From positions 1 to 64,000 of IMG/VR virus record IMGVR_UViG_3300017991_000009: DNA of 64,000 nt; one strand, 5' to 3'. A program made the position numbers and the translations under genes. Positions 44,842-54,225 of the stretch are shown one piece after another. Source of the stretch: a virus. Position 1 is the stretch's first letter, and every line of letters starts with the position of its first letter. The notes below the pieces were generated by a model. That model did not search any database, was not told the origin of the DNA, and saw only the letters and a program-made list of their open reading frames with translations.

Positions 44842-45499
44842 CACGGGCTCCCAGTTTCTGAGGTGGATAGACACCGCCCACTCCCTCTCTCACTTACCGT
44901 GGTACTCGAGGTTCAGGGTGGTCATCGACCTGTTCTACTTCGCAGTGCTCAGGGAGGAGCAGCAGTACATGCAGGCGGTGGAGGAGGCGGGGAAGCAGGC
45001 TACCAGGGACGCGCCGGAGTGGATGGCAAAGCTCATGATGGAGATGCACGCCAACCCCAGCGACCACCTGGGGAGCATCTACCAGGAAGCGTCGGTCAAC
45101 GACAAGAAGCGGCTGGCCCAGTACTTCACCCCGGATGGGGTAGCGGCAGCGATGGCCGCGATGACTCTCGCCGACATCCACGAGGAGCAGTTCACCAAGG
45201 CTGGTGGGTTGAAGATTCACGAGCCCTCCTGTGGGACGGGAGTTATGTGCATTCACGCTGCAAGGCTGATCAACGAGGAGTTCGGTCAGTGGGGGCTGAA
45301 CAGGACCAGCTTCACCCTGGTGGACAAGGACATCCTCTGTTGCAAGATAGCCCTCCTGCAGATGTTGTGGTTGCCGTACCCGGTGGCGGAGGTGGTGGTG
45401 ATGCACGGCGATAGCCTGCGCCGGGAGGTATGGATGGAGGCCAGGTTCGGAAGAGGGACGCCACCCTCCCACACCAGGATTGTGAGGAAGACCCAATGA
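44831..45499 (+). CDS. N6-adenine DNA methyltransferase-like protein (SAM-binding half only)
   Basis: DHLGSIY..QYFTP..VA, HEPSCGTG.M, DKD, HGDSL; no NPPY/F motif before the stop. Confidence 0.75.
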   Translation: MLTDTGSQFLRWIDTAHSLSHLPWYSRFRVVIDLFYFAVLREEQQYMQAVEEAGKQATRDAPEWMAKLMMEMHANPSDHLGSIYQEASVNDKKRLAQYFTPDGVAAAMAAMTLADIHEEQFTKAGGLKIHEPSCGTGVMCIHAARLINEEFGQWGLNRTSFTLVDKDILCCKIALLQMLWLPYPVAEVVVMHGDSLRREVWMEARFGRGTPPSHTRIVRKTQ

Positions 45500-45939
45500 A
45501 GAAGAAAGAAGCCCAGCCGATGGCCGCGGTTGATGACAGCCACCACCTGCTCCGCACCATGATGGACCTGGCAGTCAGCCTCCGCCTGCTGGAGATGGAG
45601 AACAGGGACCCACCGGACATGTACGAGGAGATCACCTGCTTGGAGTGCCGAGGTTTGTGCAACGGCTGCGCCACCTGTGGAGACCACGGGAAGATGCCCA
45701 GGCACCTGGCGTATGCTCACTACCTGGGGGCCCACGGTGATGACCTGCTGTACCGATCAAAGAAGAAGGGAGAGACGGCGAAGGTGTTCAACCTGGTGGC
45801 GGAGATGCTGGCCGGGCTGGCCTTCCAACCAGGCGGGGTGACCTTCGCCGGCACCCACTACGAGGTGAAGCCCAAAGAGAAGCTATACCCAATCATTAGA
45901 AACGTGGAAGGGGGCGGGTATGAAAATGGTAATGCTTAG
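45496..45939 (+). CDS. Hypothetical protein with Zn-finger insertion
   Basis: ATGA coupling; CLECRG..CATC; GD.LLY...KGETA..FN..LAFQPGGVTF.G. Confidence 0.65.
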   Translation: MKKKEAQPMAAVDDSHHLLRTMMDLAVSLRLLEMENRDPPDMYEEITCLECRGLCNGCATCGDHGKMPRHLAYAHYLGAHGDDLLYRSKKKGETAKVFNLVAEMLAGLAFQPGGVTFAGTHYEVKPKEKLYPIIRNVEGGGYENGNA

Positions 45940-46129
45940 GTTGATTTTATTGGTGGCCCTATTGGTGAACTGCTGTGCTCATGGTGAGTTTAGGGAGGTT
46001 GTATCAAATACTAAGTGTGTCGAGAATGTGATCTTTGTCTTTGATGGTAAAGAGTGGTCTTGGTATACGGATTGTTCGTTGGTAGGTAGGGCGTGTTATG
46101 AAACGCATGATGGCGCACGGTGTTTATAA
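45920..46129 (+). CDS. Small putative lipoprotein
   Basis: Hydrophobic N-terminus ending LVNC; lower GC. Confidence 0.45.
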   Translation: MKMVMLRLILLVALLVNCCAHGEFREVVSNTKCVENVIFVFDGKEWSWYTDCSLVGRACYETHDGARCL

Positions 46130-46139
46130 GGAGGTAGAG

Positions 46140-46370
46140 ATGGATAACCCAACCAAGCAGTGGGTAGACAGGCTGGCAAAGAAGCTGGGCTACGAGGTGG
46201 TCTGGTCGCCGGTGAATCAGGCCTTCTTCATCACTGAGAAGCCAATCCGACTTCCACATGCCGCGTGGTCTGGTCCTATCCGGTCTGAGCCCAAGGTGAT
46301 GGCAGTGAAGCACGACCTGGTGGACGTTGCGAACTGGTTGGAGGATAAGCGGAGTGAGGCGGTCGGCTGA
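46140..46370 (+). CDS. Hypothetical protein
   Basis: AAGGAGG RBS before ATG 46140. Confidence 0.6.
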   Translation: MDNPTKQWVDRLAKKLGYEVVWSPVNQAFFITEKPIRLPHAAWSGPIRSEPKVMAVKHDLVDVANWLEDKRSEAVG

Positions 46371-46741
46371 CCTGTGGAGATCACCCCGCTGTGTATGGCC
46401 TGTGTGACGAAGCGGATAACCATAAAGAGAGGTAACGAGTGATGACGAGACAAGAGATCGACGCTTGGTGGGGCTTGCTCTTGAGCATTAGTGGTTTTGT
46501 GATCGGGTGGGTGCTGCGAGGCCTTTGGATCGGAGGGGTGTGATGGTGAAGCCTGGGTTTTGGCAGATACAGGCGAGGGTGTCTTACCGCAAGCCTAACG
46601 GGTGGACCGAGGAAGCCCAGCTTCCGACCTTCTATCTTGATCCTGACGTGCAAGCTATTCGTTCTGCAGAGCATGCCGAAAGCATAGCGGAGAAGATCAT
46701 CGACCCGTTCGGGCTGTACCAGGTGTGCCCGTTGGCCGCCC

Positions 46742-47041
46742 ATGTTGAGTGAGCACCGATTCTCGGTCTACGTCGTGCGGGATAGGAAGGACCGCCTGTA
46801 CACGGGGATCTCCACCCACCCGAAGGCGCGTGTGCATGCACACAACAACTACAAGAACGGAGCGAAGTGCTTGAGGGGCACTCGGCCAGTGACGCTGGTC
46901 TGGGTGTCTACCATCAAGTTCACCAGAAGCGAGGCGCTCCGCATCGAGGCAGCGATCAAGCGGATGAACAAACAAGAGAAGGAGGACTTCATCGTATCCA
47001 CCACGTGCGGTGGTGAGATGGGGCTCCTTGGCGGGGAGTGA
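46742..47041 (+). CDS. GIY-YIG nuclease (YhbQ-like, standalone)
   Basis: VYVV..LYTGIS..R...HN..GAK..RG.RP..EALRIEAAIK. Confidence 0.88.
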   Translation: MLSEHRFSVYVVRDRKDRLYTGISTHPKARVHAHNNYKNGAKCLRGTRPVTLVWVSTIKFTRSEALRIEAAIKRMNKQEKEDFIVSTTCGGEMGLLGGE

Positions 47042-47478
47042 AAGTGAACCGGCGTAGTCCTAATATCTCCAAGTGGATCAACGGGAAGGTAGCGTACATC
47101 CCGAGAGTGCTTGAAGGTTGTATAGAAGAGGAGCTTGATGCCCGCGCACCCCAGTGGCGCCAAGTGTTACAGGCTGACGTGGAGTTGGAGTTCCACGGGT
47201 ACTTGCAAGATCCTGTCACGGATAGGCTGGCTGACTACGAGAAACTAAAGCACGTAGTGCGGGAGGCCCTCAGCACGTTGAATCCTCGTGAGCAGTGGAT
47301 CCTTGAGTGTAGATTTGGCCTGGGTGTTGAGTCGGGTATGGCGTGGACGCTAGAGGAGATCGCGGCGTACCTTGGTAGATCAGTAGAGCGTATTAGGCAG
47401 GTGCAGAACAGAGGGTTGCGGAAGCTACGACATCCGAGCCGTACAAAAGGCACTAAGGCATTTTATTTGTACTATTGA
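47038..47478 (+). CDS. Standalone sigma-70 region 4 protein
   Basis: LSTLNPREQWIL.CRFGL...TLEEIA..LG.SVERIRQVQ.RGLRKLRHPSR, closely RpoD-like. Confidence 0.88.
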   Translation: MKVNRRSPNISKWINGKVAYIPRVLEGCIEEELDARAPQWRQVLQADVELEFHGYLQDPVTDRLADYEKLKHVVREALSTLNPREQWILECRFGLGVESGMAWTLEEIAAYLGRSVERIRQVQNRGLRKLRHPSRTKGTKAFYLYY

Positions 47479-47502
47479 CCCGAGCAGAAGAGGAGCGAGT
47501 GA

Positions 47503-48162
47503 ATGAACGAGCTACAGTTACAGCAGGCCCTGAACGACTACAACAAGGCGCGGATAGAGAAGATCCAGCAGTGGTCCGAGTCGCATGACGCTATCACCGT
47601 GGGGTGTAGCCAGTGCAGTATCACCCCCTACTGCTGCTACCAGATGGTGATGACACCGATCATGGAGGGGGTAGTGATCGCCCAGTACGCTAAGGAGGAG
47701 TGCCCCGATAGGATGGCGAAGGTGATCGCCCAGGGGAAGACCCAGGCGTACCTTCTTGCCCAGAGATTGGGCAAGACCCCGGCCGAGCTAGTAGTGGGCA
47801 CCTCCCAGGAAGAGTTAGAGCAATACCAGGACCTCTTCGATGACGCGGCTCACGCTTGGTACAACATGAGCGAGCCCTGCGGCTTCCTGGATGGGCACAA
47901 CCAGTGCTCGATCTACTCCCGCCGGCCGACGATGTGCGCGGCGTACTACGCTTGCGATACCTGCACGCGAAAGATCGGCACGCACGAGGAGGTAGCGGTG
48001 TGGGACCACCGGGAGATCGTCGGGCTGACGCTCCAGGTGTCGATGTTAGCGGTTATGGATCTGTTTGGTATTGATGGGGAGGACACTCGGTACTTTCTCC
48101 CTATGCCGCTGGGTGCGGCTGTAGCGTTGGCGGATGAGGTGTTGTTGCCGCACGTGCGATAG
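47503..48162 (+). CDS. YkgJ/FliB-like Cys-cluster protein
   Basis: CSQC...YCC, PCGFLD..QCSIYSRRPTMC..Y. Confidence 0.8.
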   Translation: MNELQLQQALNDYNKARIEKIQQWSESHDAITVGCSQCSITPYCCYQMVMTPIMEGVVIAQYAKEECPDRMAKVIAQGKTQAYLLAQRLGKTPAELVVGTSQEELEQYQDLFDDAAHAWYNMSEPCGFLDGHNQCSIYSRRPTMCAAYYACDTCTRKIGTHEEVAVWDHREIVGLTLQVSMLAVMDLFGIDGEDTRYFLPMPLGAAVALADEVLLPHVR

Positions 48163-48184
48163 GTTATCGGATTCTGATAACCTA
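48160..48184. repeat. Dispersed 25-bp palindrome, copy 4 (compensatory variant)
   Basis: TAGGTTATCG-GATTC-TGATAACCTA on the TAG stop of 47503..48162. Confidence 0.85.
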
Positions 48185-48403
48185 TAACCTAATGGAGGAG
48201 TGGCTGTGCACAGTACTAACAGGGCAGACTTAGAGATGCGCGACACTTGCAGGAACTACGGAGAGGTGGAACTCATGATAGGCAACCGGCCCCGCCGCGT
48301 GTCGCTTTGTTACTTGACTGACGAGTCGCACCCGCGGTGCACTCGGTGTACCCACTGGACACCCAGGGATCACGCGATCCAGGTCAGCACAGGATAGGAG
48401 CAG

Positions 48404-48958
48404 GTGATGAAGAAAACGGAGAACAAGTTCAGCGTGTCGATCAACACTGGTGCTGTCGACCGCATCGTAGAAGAGATGCGGGTTGATATGCTGAAGGCGG
48501 GATTGACCAAGGAGCAAACCGACGGCATATTCCAGCAGGCCCACGACCAATACCGCACCTGCCGCGACGCGGGGAACTACTGGGATCATGTTAAGCGGTG
48601 TGCGGAGCAGGCGCTTGCTGCCTTGCCTCGCTGCGAGGAGTGCAAACGGGTGGTGCAGTATGAGGATGCGCCCGTGTGCCCCGAGTGTAGGAAGGGAGAG
48701 GTCAAGGTAGAAGTGGAGGGAGTAGTCAACGAAGGTGTCAACCCCGTGCACCCGACCAAGCCCTGGCGCAAGGAGGTGGGGCAGTTCTCCTTCCAGTTCG
48801 ACCATGCGGATGGGGGAGTCAGTACCTATTGTGCCCCCGTCTTCATCGAAGCGGAGGCGATGTACGAGCAAGCCCACAAGATCCTCACCAGAGTGGTGGA
48901 GGCTGGGGATAACCTGAAGCTAGCCGAGCTAGTGATGAAGTTCTTCGGTCAAGAGTAG
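48404..48958 (+). CDS. Hypothetical protein with zinc ribbon
   Basis: AGGAG RBS; CEEC..CPEC. Confidence 0.65.
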   Translation: MMKKTENKFSVSINTGAVDRIVEEMRVDMLKAGLTKEQTDGIFQQAHDQYRTCRDAGNYWDHVKRCAEQALAALPRCEECKRVVQYEDAPVCPECRKGEVKVEVEGVVNEGVNPVHPTKPWRKEVGQFSFQFDHADGGVSTYCAPVFIEAEAMYEQAHKILTRVVEAGDNLKLAELVMKFFGQE

Positions 48959-48967
48959 GAGGCAGCC

Positions 48968-49546
48968 ATGAAAGAGAGCAAGAGGACGGCCACCAACCAG
49001 CGCCCGCTCCTGAAGCGGCAGGAGGAGATCACCTCCTGGCTTGTGGGTAGGCTAGAGGCGATCAGGCAGGCGCGCAAGACGCGCTCTGTTGACCTGGGGA
49101 TTGCCCAGGCTCGGGTGGCCGCGCACGCGGCGCAGGCTGACGGGTTGGCGGAGAAGAAGGGGCAGTGTCAGGACAAGATCGCTTCCCTGGTGGAACAGAT
49201 CACCACCTGCAATCTTCAGATCGCCGCCCTCAAGAAGGAGATCGCCAGCGTGGAGGAGCAGCAGGATCGGGTGAGTGGTCATATGGCGAAGGCAGAGCAG
49301 AACGTCAGGCGTGTGCGACTGCATCACGTCGGCGTTATGCGGAAGCTGCAGGATGGGAAAGTTCGCCGTAAGCGTCGCGAACTCGCGAAGGTGGTCCGCC
49401 GGTTGGAGGCGAAGGAGCGCCGCCGGCGGGAGTCGGAGGAGTTGCCGAGGTTGGCGCCCCATGAGTTTCCTTTCATGACGCCGAAGATGAAGGCCGAGCA
49501 GATGAAGAAAGCCGAAGAGGAGAAGAAGGAGGCTACCAATGGCTGA
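48968..49546 (+). CDS. Coiled-coil protein
   Basis: AGGAGG RBS; heptad pattern. Confidence 0.65.
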   Translation: MKESKRTATNQRPLLKRQEEITSWLVGRLEAIRQARKTRSVDLGIAQARVAAHAAQADGLAEKKGQCQDKIASLVEQITTCNLQIAALKKEIASVEEQQDRVSGHMAKAEQNVRRVRLHHVGVMRKLQDGKVRRKRRELAKVVRRLEAKERRRRESEELPRLAPHEFPFMTPKMKAEQMKKAEEEKKEATNG

Positions 49547-49796
49547 CGAAGTGAACGAGGTGAAGAACCTATCCGGTCTCAAGATCTTCGAGCTAGAGGA
49601 GATCAGAATCAATGAGTACCACCCGCAGGACGATGGCAAAGGGCTGCCTACTGAAGTGCACATGGCCCTGCGGTTGATGGGTGCCCCTCCCAACATGTTG
49701 ATGGTGATGCGGCTGAAGTCGCGCCGCGCGGTGGATGACCTGGTGACGGCTTTGTGTCGGCATCGGGACAACGTGTGGCCGGAGAGGGGATCCTGA
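49539..49796 (+). CDS. Hypothetical protein
   Basis: AAGGAGG RBS. Confidence 0.65.
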   Translation: MADEVNEVKNLSGLKIFELEEIRINEYHPQDDGKGLPTEVHMALRLMGAPPNMLMVMRLKSRRAVDDLVTALCRHRDNVWPERGS

Positions 49797-50236
49797 TGTC
49801 GTATGTGAAGACCTTCACGCCTCGGCTTGCCTCCGTGCTGGGGCACATCTCGGAGGGGTGGATGAGTATCTACGACCTGTCGGAGAAGACAGGAGCCCAT
49901 CCCTCCTACATCAAGCGGTGCCTTCCCCTCCTGGATGAACTCGGCCTTGTGACCCGCGACACCGCGGCTGTCGCCGACACTGTGTCGGTGCGGTTAACTG
50001 CGAATGGTGAGCGGGCTATCAGATCCTTGTGGGGGGCTTTGCGATACCCGGCTGACGGTTCGCCTCCTCGCAACCCACGCAAGAAGAAGCAACTCAAGAA
50101 CGCAGTCAAACGCCCCTGCGGAAGATGCGGCGGCCAACCCGCCAAGGTGGACGGTGGTTGGTGCAAGGCATGTGCTGGCCAGGGCTACATCGTAGTGAAC
50201 GAAGGAAAGGTGAAAGATGGAACTCGCAGAGGCTAG
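49796..50236 (+). CDS. Winged-helix (MarR-like) protein with C-terminal Zn finger
   Basis: SIYDLSEKTG..L.ELGLV.R..VRLT.NG; CGRCGG..CKACAGQG; TGATG coupling. Confidence 0.65.
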   Translation: MSYVKTFTPRLASVLGHISEGWMSIYDLSEKTGAHPSYIKRCLPLLDELGLVTRDTAAVADTVSVRLTANGERAIRSLWGALRYPADGSPPRNPRKKKQLKNAVKRPCGRCGGQPAKVDGGWCKACAGQGYIVVNEGKVKDGTRRG

Positions 50237-50678
50237 AGCGGTATTTAAGGAGAAGTTGGCTGGGGATGAGGGTACGTACCTCGCCTACCTTAGCCAGGTC
50301 GCTTGTGTCTTGATGGATGAACTCGACGTCACCAACAAGGCGGAGCGCAACGGGGTGGCGGAGCAGGTCCTCAAGGCGTTGTTCTGGGAGCCCGGTGAAC
50401 AGTCGCCCGGTGTACCGGAGGTCATGCTCGACAAGCCTACCAAGGAGCCTGACATGGTGAATCACCCGCCCCACTACCAGTCGGGGTCGATGGAGGTGAT
50501 CGAAGTCATCGAGGCGTTCAACCTCAACTTCCACCTGGGCAACGTGGTGAAGTACACCTTGCGCGCGGGGAAGAAGGCCGATCCCCAGGTCGATCTGGAG
50601 AAGGCGAAGTGGTACCTGGATCGGATGCTCAAGAGGATGGGTGGAGTAGCGGAGGAGGTAGTTGATGGATCCGAGTAG
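50217..50678 (+). CDS. DUF3310-domain protein
   Basis: DMVNHPPHY..EVIEVI..FHLGNVVKY..RAGKK..DLEKAKWYL. Confidence 0.88.
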   Translation: MELAEARAVFKEKLAGDEGTYLAYLSQVACVLMDELDVTNKAERNGVAEQVLKALFWEPGEQSPGVPEVMLDKPTKEPDMVNHPPHYQSGSMEVIEVIEAFNLNFHLGNVVKYTLRAGKKADPQVDLEKAKWYLDRMLKRMGGVAEEVVDGSE

Positions 50679-50949
50679 CGGTAAGTTCTACCGAGAACTG
50701 AACGATGACGAGGCGGCCGAGTCACGAGGGCAGTTGGATGCCCTGCGCCATAGGTTCATCGAGAAGGGTGGCGAGGTCATCCCCGTACCCGATGACTTCA
50801 TCCCCTTTGAGACAGGCGAGCGTATCCCCATCAAGGGTTACTTCTTCAAGCTCGTCGAGATCGATACCATCAACCACACCATTAAGCTCAAGTTTGAGGG
50901 CCCCACCAAATCGACCCAGCGCAAGGCGAAGAAGAAAGGGAGGAAGTGA
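50662..50949 (+). CDS. Hypothetical protein
   Basis: GGAGG RBS. Confidence 0.6.
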   Translation: MMDPSSGKFYRELNDDEAAESRGQLDALRHRFIEKGGEVIPVPDDFIPFETGERIPIKGYFFKLVEIDTINHTIKLKFEGPTKSTQRKAKKKGRK

Positions 50950-51040
50950 TGAAGGTAGGCTATATAGCCGGTTCACTCACAGGAAACTGGATCTCCTGAA
51001 CATCAAACCAAAATGGAGTCATTTTGTAGAGCAGCCCCAG

Positions 51041-51391
51041 TTACCGGGACCTTTTGTGGAGGGCGGCCCTCTTCCGGGCAAGCATGTTGAGGCACGCATC
51101 TAACAACCAGATGGTGCGGGGGATGTCCTTCTCGTCACACCGTGTGTTGATCTCGTCTATGAGGTCGCCTTCTACCCGCGCCATTAAGGTGACTTTATGG
51201 GCTAGCATCTTCTCCGCGGACACCAATACCTCCCGCGGCCTCCTCATCCTCAAGTAGATCCGAAAGGCGCGGGTCATCCACTGGTTCCTGCTTATCCCGC
51301 TTCGTTCTACTGCGCGATCTACTTGAGCTAGGAGGTCAGTGCCTAGCCGAAATTGTATCGGGTACTTGTCAGGGGCTCGCTCTTGTGCCAT
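51041..51391 (-). CDS. Tandem ribbon-helix-helix regulator; the only credible minus-strand gene
   Basis: AAGGAG RBS on the minus strand; IQFRL..DLL..VD.AV..SGISRNQW and LMARV..DLI.EI...C.EKDIPRTIW. Confidence 0.8.
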   Translation of the reverse strand: MAQERAPDKYPIQFRLGTDLLAQVDRAVERSGISRNQWMTRAFRIYLRMRRPREVLVSAEKMLAHKVTLMARVEGDLIDEINTRCDEKDIPRTIWLLDACLNMLARKRAALHKRSR

Positions 51392-51425
51392 GACTACTCT
51401 CCTTGGGACCCTTGGGATGTACCAT

Positions 51426-51472
51426 ACAAAACGACTGCACTTCAAGCCTTTTGCAATATGCAGTCGTTTTGT
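51426..51472. promoter_or_regulatory. 14-bp perfect inverted repeat in a divergent promoter region
   Basis: ACAAAACGACTGCA-N19-TGCAGTCGTTTTGT. Confidence 0.7.
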
Positions 51473-51508
51473 GTTGTAAATCGAATCTGAAAGTGGTAGG
51501 AGATTGGT

Positions 51509-51715
51509 ATGAGAGTAACCCAGGTACACGAGCTAAAGACGGCGAGGGATGTCCTGCGGTTTTGCAGGACGTTGGTCCGTCTGAAAAACGAGTCGCCGCG
51601 GTCTTTGACTTTCACGGTCGCGGTAACAGCGGAGCAGCAGGTGAAGGTGGTCCGGCCGACGGGTCGGAAGGTGAATGGGAACTACTTGGAGGATACCCTT
51701 GAGCGCCTTGGTTGA
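51509..51715 (+). CDS. Hypothetical protein
   Basis: AGGAG RBS. Confidence 0.55.
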   Translation: MRVTQVHELKTARDVLRFCRTLVRLKNESPRSLTFTVAVTAEQQVKVVRPTGRKVNGNYLEDTLERLG

Positions 51716-52313
51716 TCACAAGTTTGGGTACACCACCATGCGCTGTATGGCAGGTGGGCGGTTAGACCAGCTATGCGCGGAACTGAAGCAGGAGTTCCCC
51801 AAGCTGCGGATGCAGGAGAAACGAAGGCACTGGTACTGGAGGGTATTGCGTTACCTGATTCTCGTGCTTACCTTCGGTGGGAACCGCAGGTTTCTGGGCG
51901 GGTTCACAACAACGATCAGGCAGACGATCGCTTGGAGTGATGAGAAGTGGGAGAAGATAGATAGGAGGCTTGACAGTAACTGGGAGGACCGAGTGTGGTC
52001 TACCCTCATGCACGAAAGGGAACACCTCCGGCAGTTCAAGAGGTACACCACGATCGGGATGTCGTTGCTGTACTTGCTGGTCTTCTTCCCAGTGGGGCTA
52101 TCATGGTTTAGGGCACGCTTCGAAAGAGAAGGCTATCTCCAGACACTGAGGTGTTGGTACGCCCTAGATCCGAGTTGGGCTCGGCACCCCAAAGCAAAGA
52201 GATGGTGGGTCGACCAGTTCACTGGTCCGAACTACGCCTGGTGCTGGATCTTCAGAGGTCAAGTGGAGGGGTGGTACGATCGCGAATTGTTTATGCTAGA
52301 GGCAGCAGCTTGA
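51675..52313 (+). CDS. HExxH metallopeptidase-like membrane protein (start uncertain)
   Basis: TLMHEREHLRQ, R.RFEREGY; hydrophobic segments. Confidence 0.65.
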   Translation: MGTTWRIPLSALVDHKFGYTTMRCMAGGRLDQLCAELKQEFPKLRMQEKRRHWYWRVLRYLILVLTFGGNRRFLGGFTTTIRQTIAWSDEKWEKIDRRLDSNWEDRVWSTLMHEREHLRQFKRYTTIGMSLLYLLVFFPVGLSWFRARFEREGYLQTLRCWYALDPSWARHPKAKRWWVDQFTGPNYAWCWIFRGQVEGWYDRELFMLEAAA

Positions 52314-52559
52314 CCGATGAAGAGGACCTGTCGATTGAGCAAGTTGATCAAATCCTCCTCTCGTGGGGGATTGATCCTGTCGGCTTCAGGGAGTTCGCGA
52401 GAGAAGTGGTGGGACAAGAAGTGGCGCAACCTCTGCACGACAAGCCCTACACCCAACGAATCATCGCCCTGCGTGAGCGGGTTGACGTCCTCATCGGATG
52501 GCTCAAGAAGGCCGGGGCCAAACCGGAGGACCTCGCCTCTGTTTTGGAGGGAGTGATTA

Positions 52560-54161
52560 GTGGCCTCTACCAAGAAACCCACCAGTTTAGGGAAGGGCAT
52601 AGCGCGAAAAGGAACCAGCAGGAAGGCGCCAAAGAGGTGCGTGAAGCAAAGCCCCGGCGCTTCTACAGAGTTTGCCGAGCCGACCTCCAAGTCAAAGAAG
52701 CCCAAACGGCTCCTCCGTCCAAAAGGTTCAAGGGGCGGTAAGTACGGCACGGGGACTCACCCCAAGGGCGTAAGCCGCCACACCCAGATCGCCAGGTACG
52801 AAGCTAGCCGCGAAGCCACCAACGATATGCTTCGTAAGTTGGTGATCGAACACGATCGGATGGATATCTTCTGCGAGTTTATTATGGGTGGGGATCCGCC
52901 CATGTGGTTCCACACTGAGATGATGGAGTTCCAGGACGAGCACGACGAGGCTCTCATCTTAGCCTTCGCCGGCGCACGGAAGACCCAACACTGTACTGTG
53001 GCGCGGGCTATCAAGGAGATCATCAAGAACCCAGATGTCCGCATCCTCCTCGTAGCGGACGCCGCTGATCAGGCGAAGACCTTCCTGCGTGGTGTAAAGT
53101 CCCACTTCGAGAACAACGAGAAGTTGAAGGAGGTGTTCGGCGACTTCTATACCGGTGCCGATAAGTGGACCGACTCCGAGATCATCGTGAACAAGCGCAC
53201 TGCGGTTGGGCTCAGGGAACCTACCATTATGTGTGCCGGCGTGGATACCTCCTTGATCGGGCGCCACTTCGAGATCATCGTATCGGACGACCTGGTGACG
53301 GAGGAGAACTCTGCTACCGACAACCAGCGGCAGAAGATCAAGAACTACTTCTATAAGACCCTCCTCCCGCGCCTCACACCTGATGGCCGGCTCTGGATCA
53401 TTGGCACCAGGTGGCACGACGAGGACCTCTACGGCTGGTTGGCCAAGAACGACTACAAGGACTCCACCTACGTCCTGGGTATCATCGATGAGGCGACCGA
53501 TGAGTCGATCTGGGAGGATGTGTTCTCTACTGAGAGGATGCACCGCCTGCGGAAGGGTAACCTCGCAGCCTTCGAGTTACAGTGGCTATGCCGCAGTGGT
53601 GTCGCTTTGGGCGGCATCTTCAATGAGGACCACTTCCGGACATACGAAGACCTGCCCCCCAACATCTTCAAGTGGCAGGGCGTTGACCTCGCGGCCGGCC
53701 AGAAGGCCCGCAACGACTTCTTTGCTCACGTGACGATCGGAGTGGAGAAGACCCACCGAGATATCTATCTCGTGCACTTCAGGGAGGCGAAGCTCACCTT
53801 CCCCAAGCAACTCGAGCTAGTGAATCAGCGGTTTAGGGATCACCCTGACACCGTGCGGGTGGGCATCGAGGCGAACGCCTACCAGATCGTCATGACTCAG
53901 CAGGTGAGGGATCAGTACCCCGACATCCCGGTGGTGCCGCGGTATACCCTGAAGGATAAGGTTGCACGTGCACAGCAAATGGCGACCCTTGCGACGGACA
54001 AGCCGATCTACGTTCGGCCGCAGCACCACAAGTTCGTTAGGCGCTTGTGTGCTTTCCCTAATGGCCCCAAGGACGTGTTTGATGCCTTCGATATCGCCGT
54101 GGGGATGGGGCTCAAAGGAGTGAAGAAACGGGGTAGGAAGCAGTCGATTGGTTTGATTTGA
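52560..54161 (+). CDS. Terminase large subunit
   Basis: LILAFAGARKT, Walker B IIVSDDL, coupling motif IIGTRWH.EDL, nuclease motifs GVDLA, GIEANAYQ, KDKVARA, FPNG.KDVFDA. Confidence 0.93.
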   Translation: MASTKKPTSLGKGIARKGTSRKAPKRCVKQSPGASTEFAEPTSKSKKPKRLLRPKGSRGGKYGTGTHPKGVSRHTQIARYEASREATNDMLRKLVIEHDRMDIFCEFIMGGDPPMWFHTEMMEFQDEHDEALILAFAGARKTQHCTVARAIKEIIKNPDVRILLVADAADQAKTFLRGVKSHFENNEKLKEVFGDFYTGADKWTDSEIIVNKRTAVGLREPTIMCAGVDTSLIGRHFEIIVSDDLVTEENSATDNQRQKIKNYFYKTLLPRLTPDGRLWIIGTRWHDEDLYGWLAKNDYKDSTYVLGIIDEATDESIWEDVFSTERMHRLRKGNLAAFELQWLCRSGVALGGIFNEDHFRTYEDLPPNIFKWQGVDLAAGQKARNDFFAHVTIGVEKTHRDIYLVHFREAKLTFPKQLELVNQRFRDHPDTVRVGIEANAYQIVMTQQVRDQYPDIPVVPRYTLKDKVARAQQMATLATDKPIYVRPQHHKFVRRLCAFPNGPKDVFDAFDIAVGMGLKGVKKRGRKQSIGLI

Positions 54162-54225
54162 CTTCAGACTGCGTGTTATCCTACAGTTCAATCGTTGAAA
54201 TGACCCATTTTAAGGAGGAAACACA

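Noticed and set aside
46742-47041. Intron-associated homing endonuclease
   Set aside because: Short YhbQ-like GIY-YIG with no DNA-binding tail and no interrupted host gene; no introns or inteins evident in polA, recA, primase or terL
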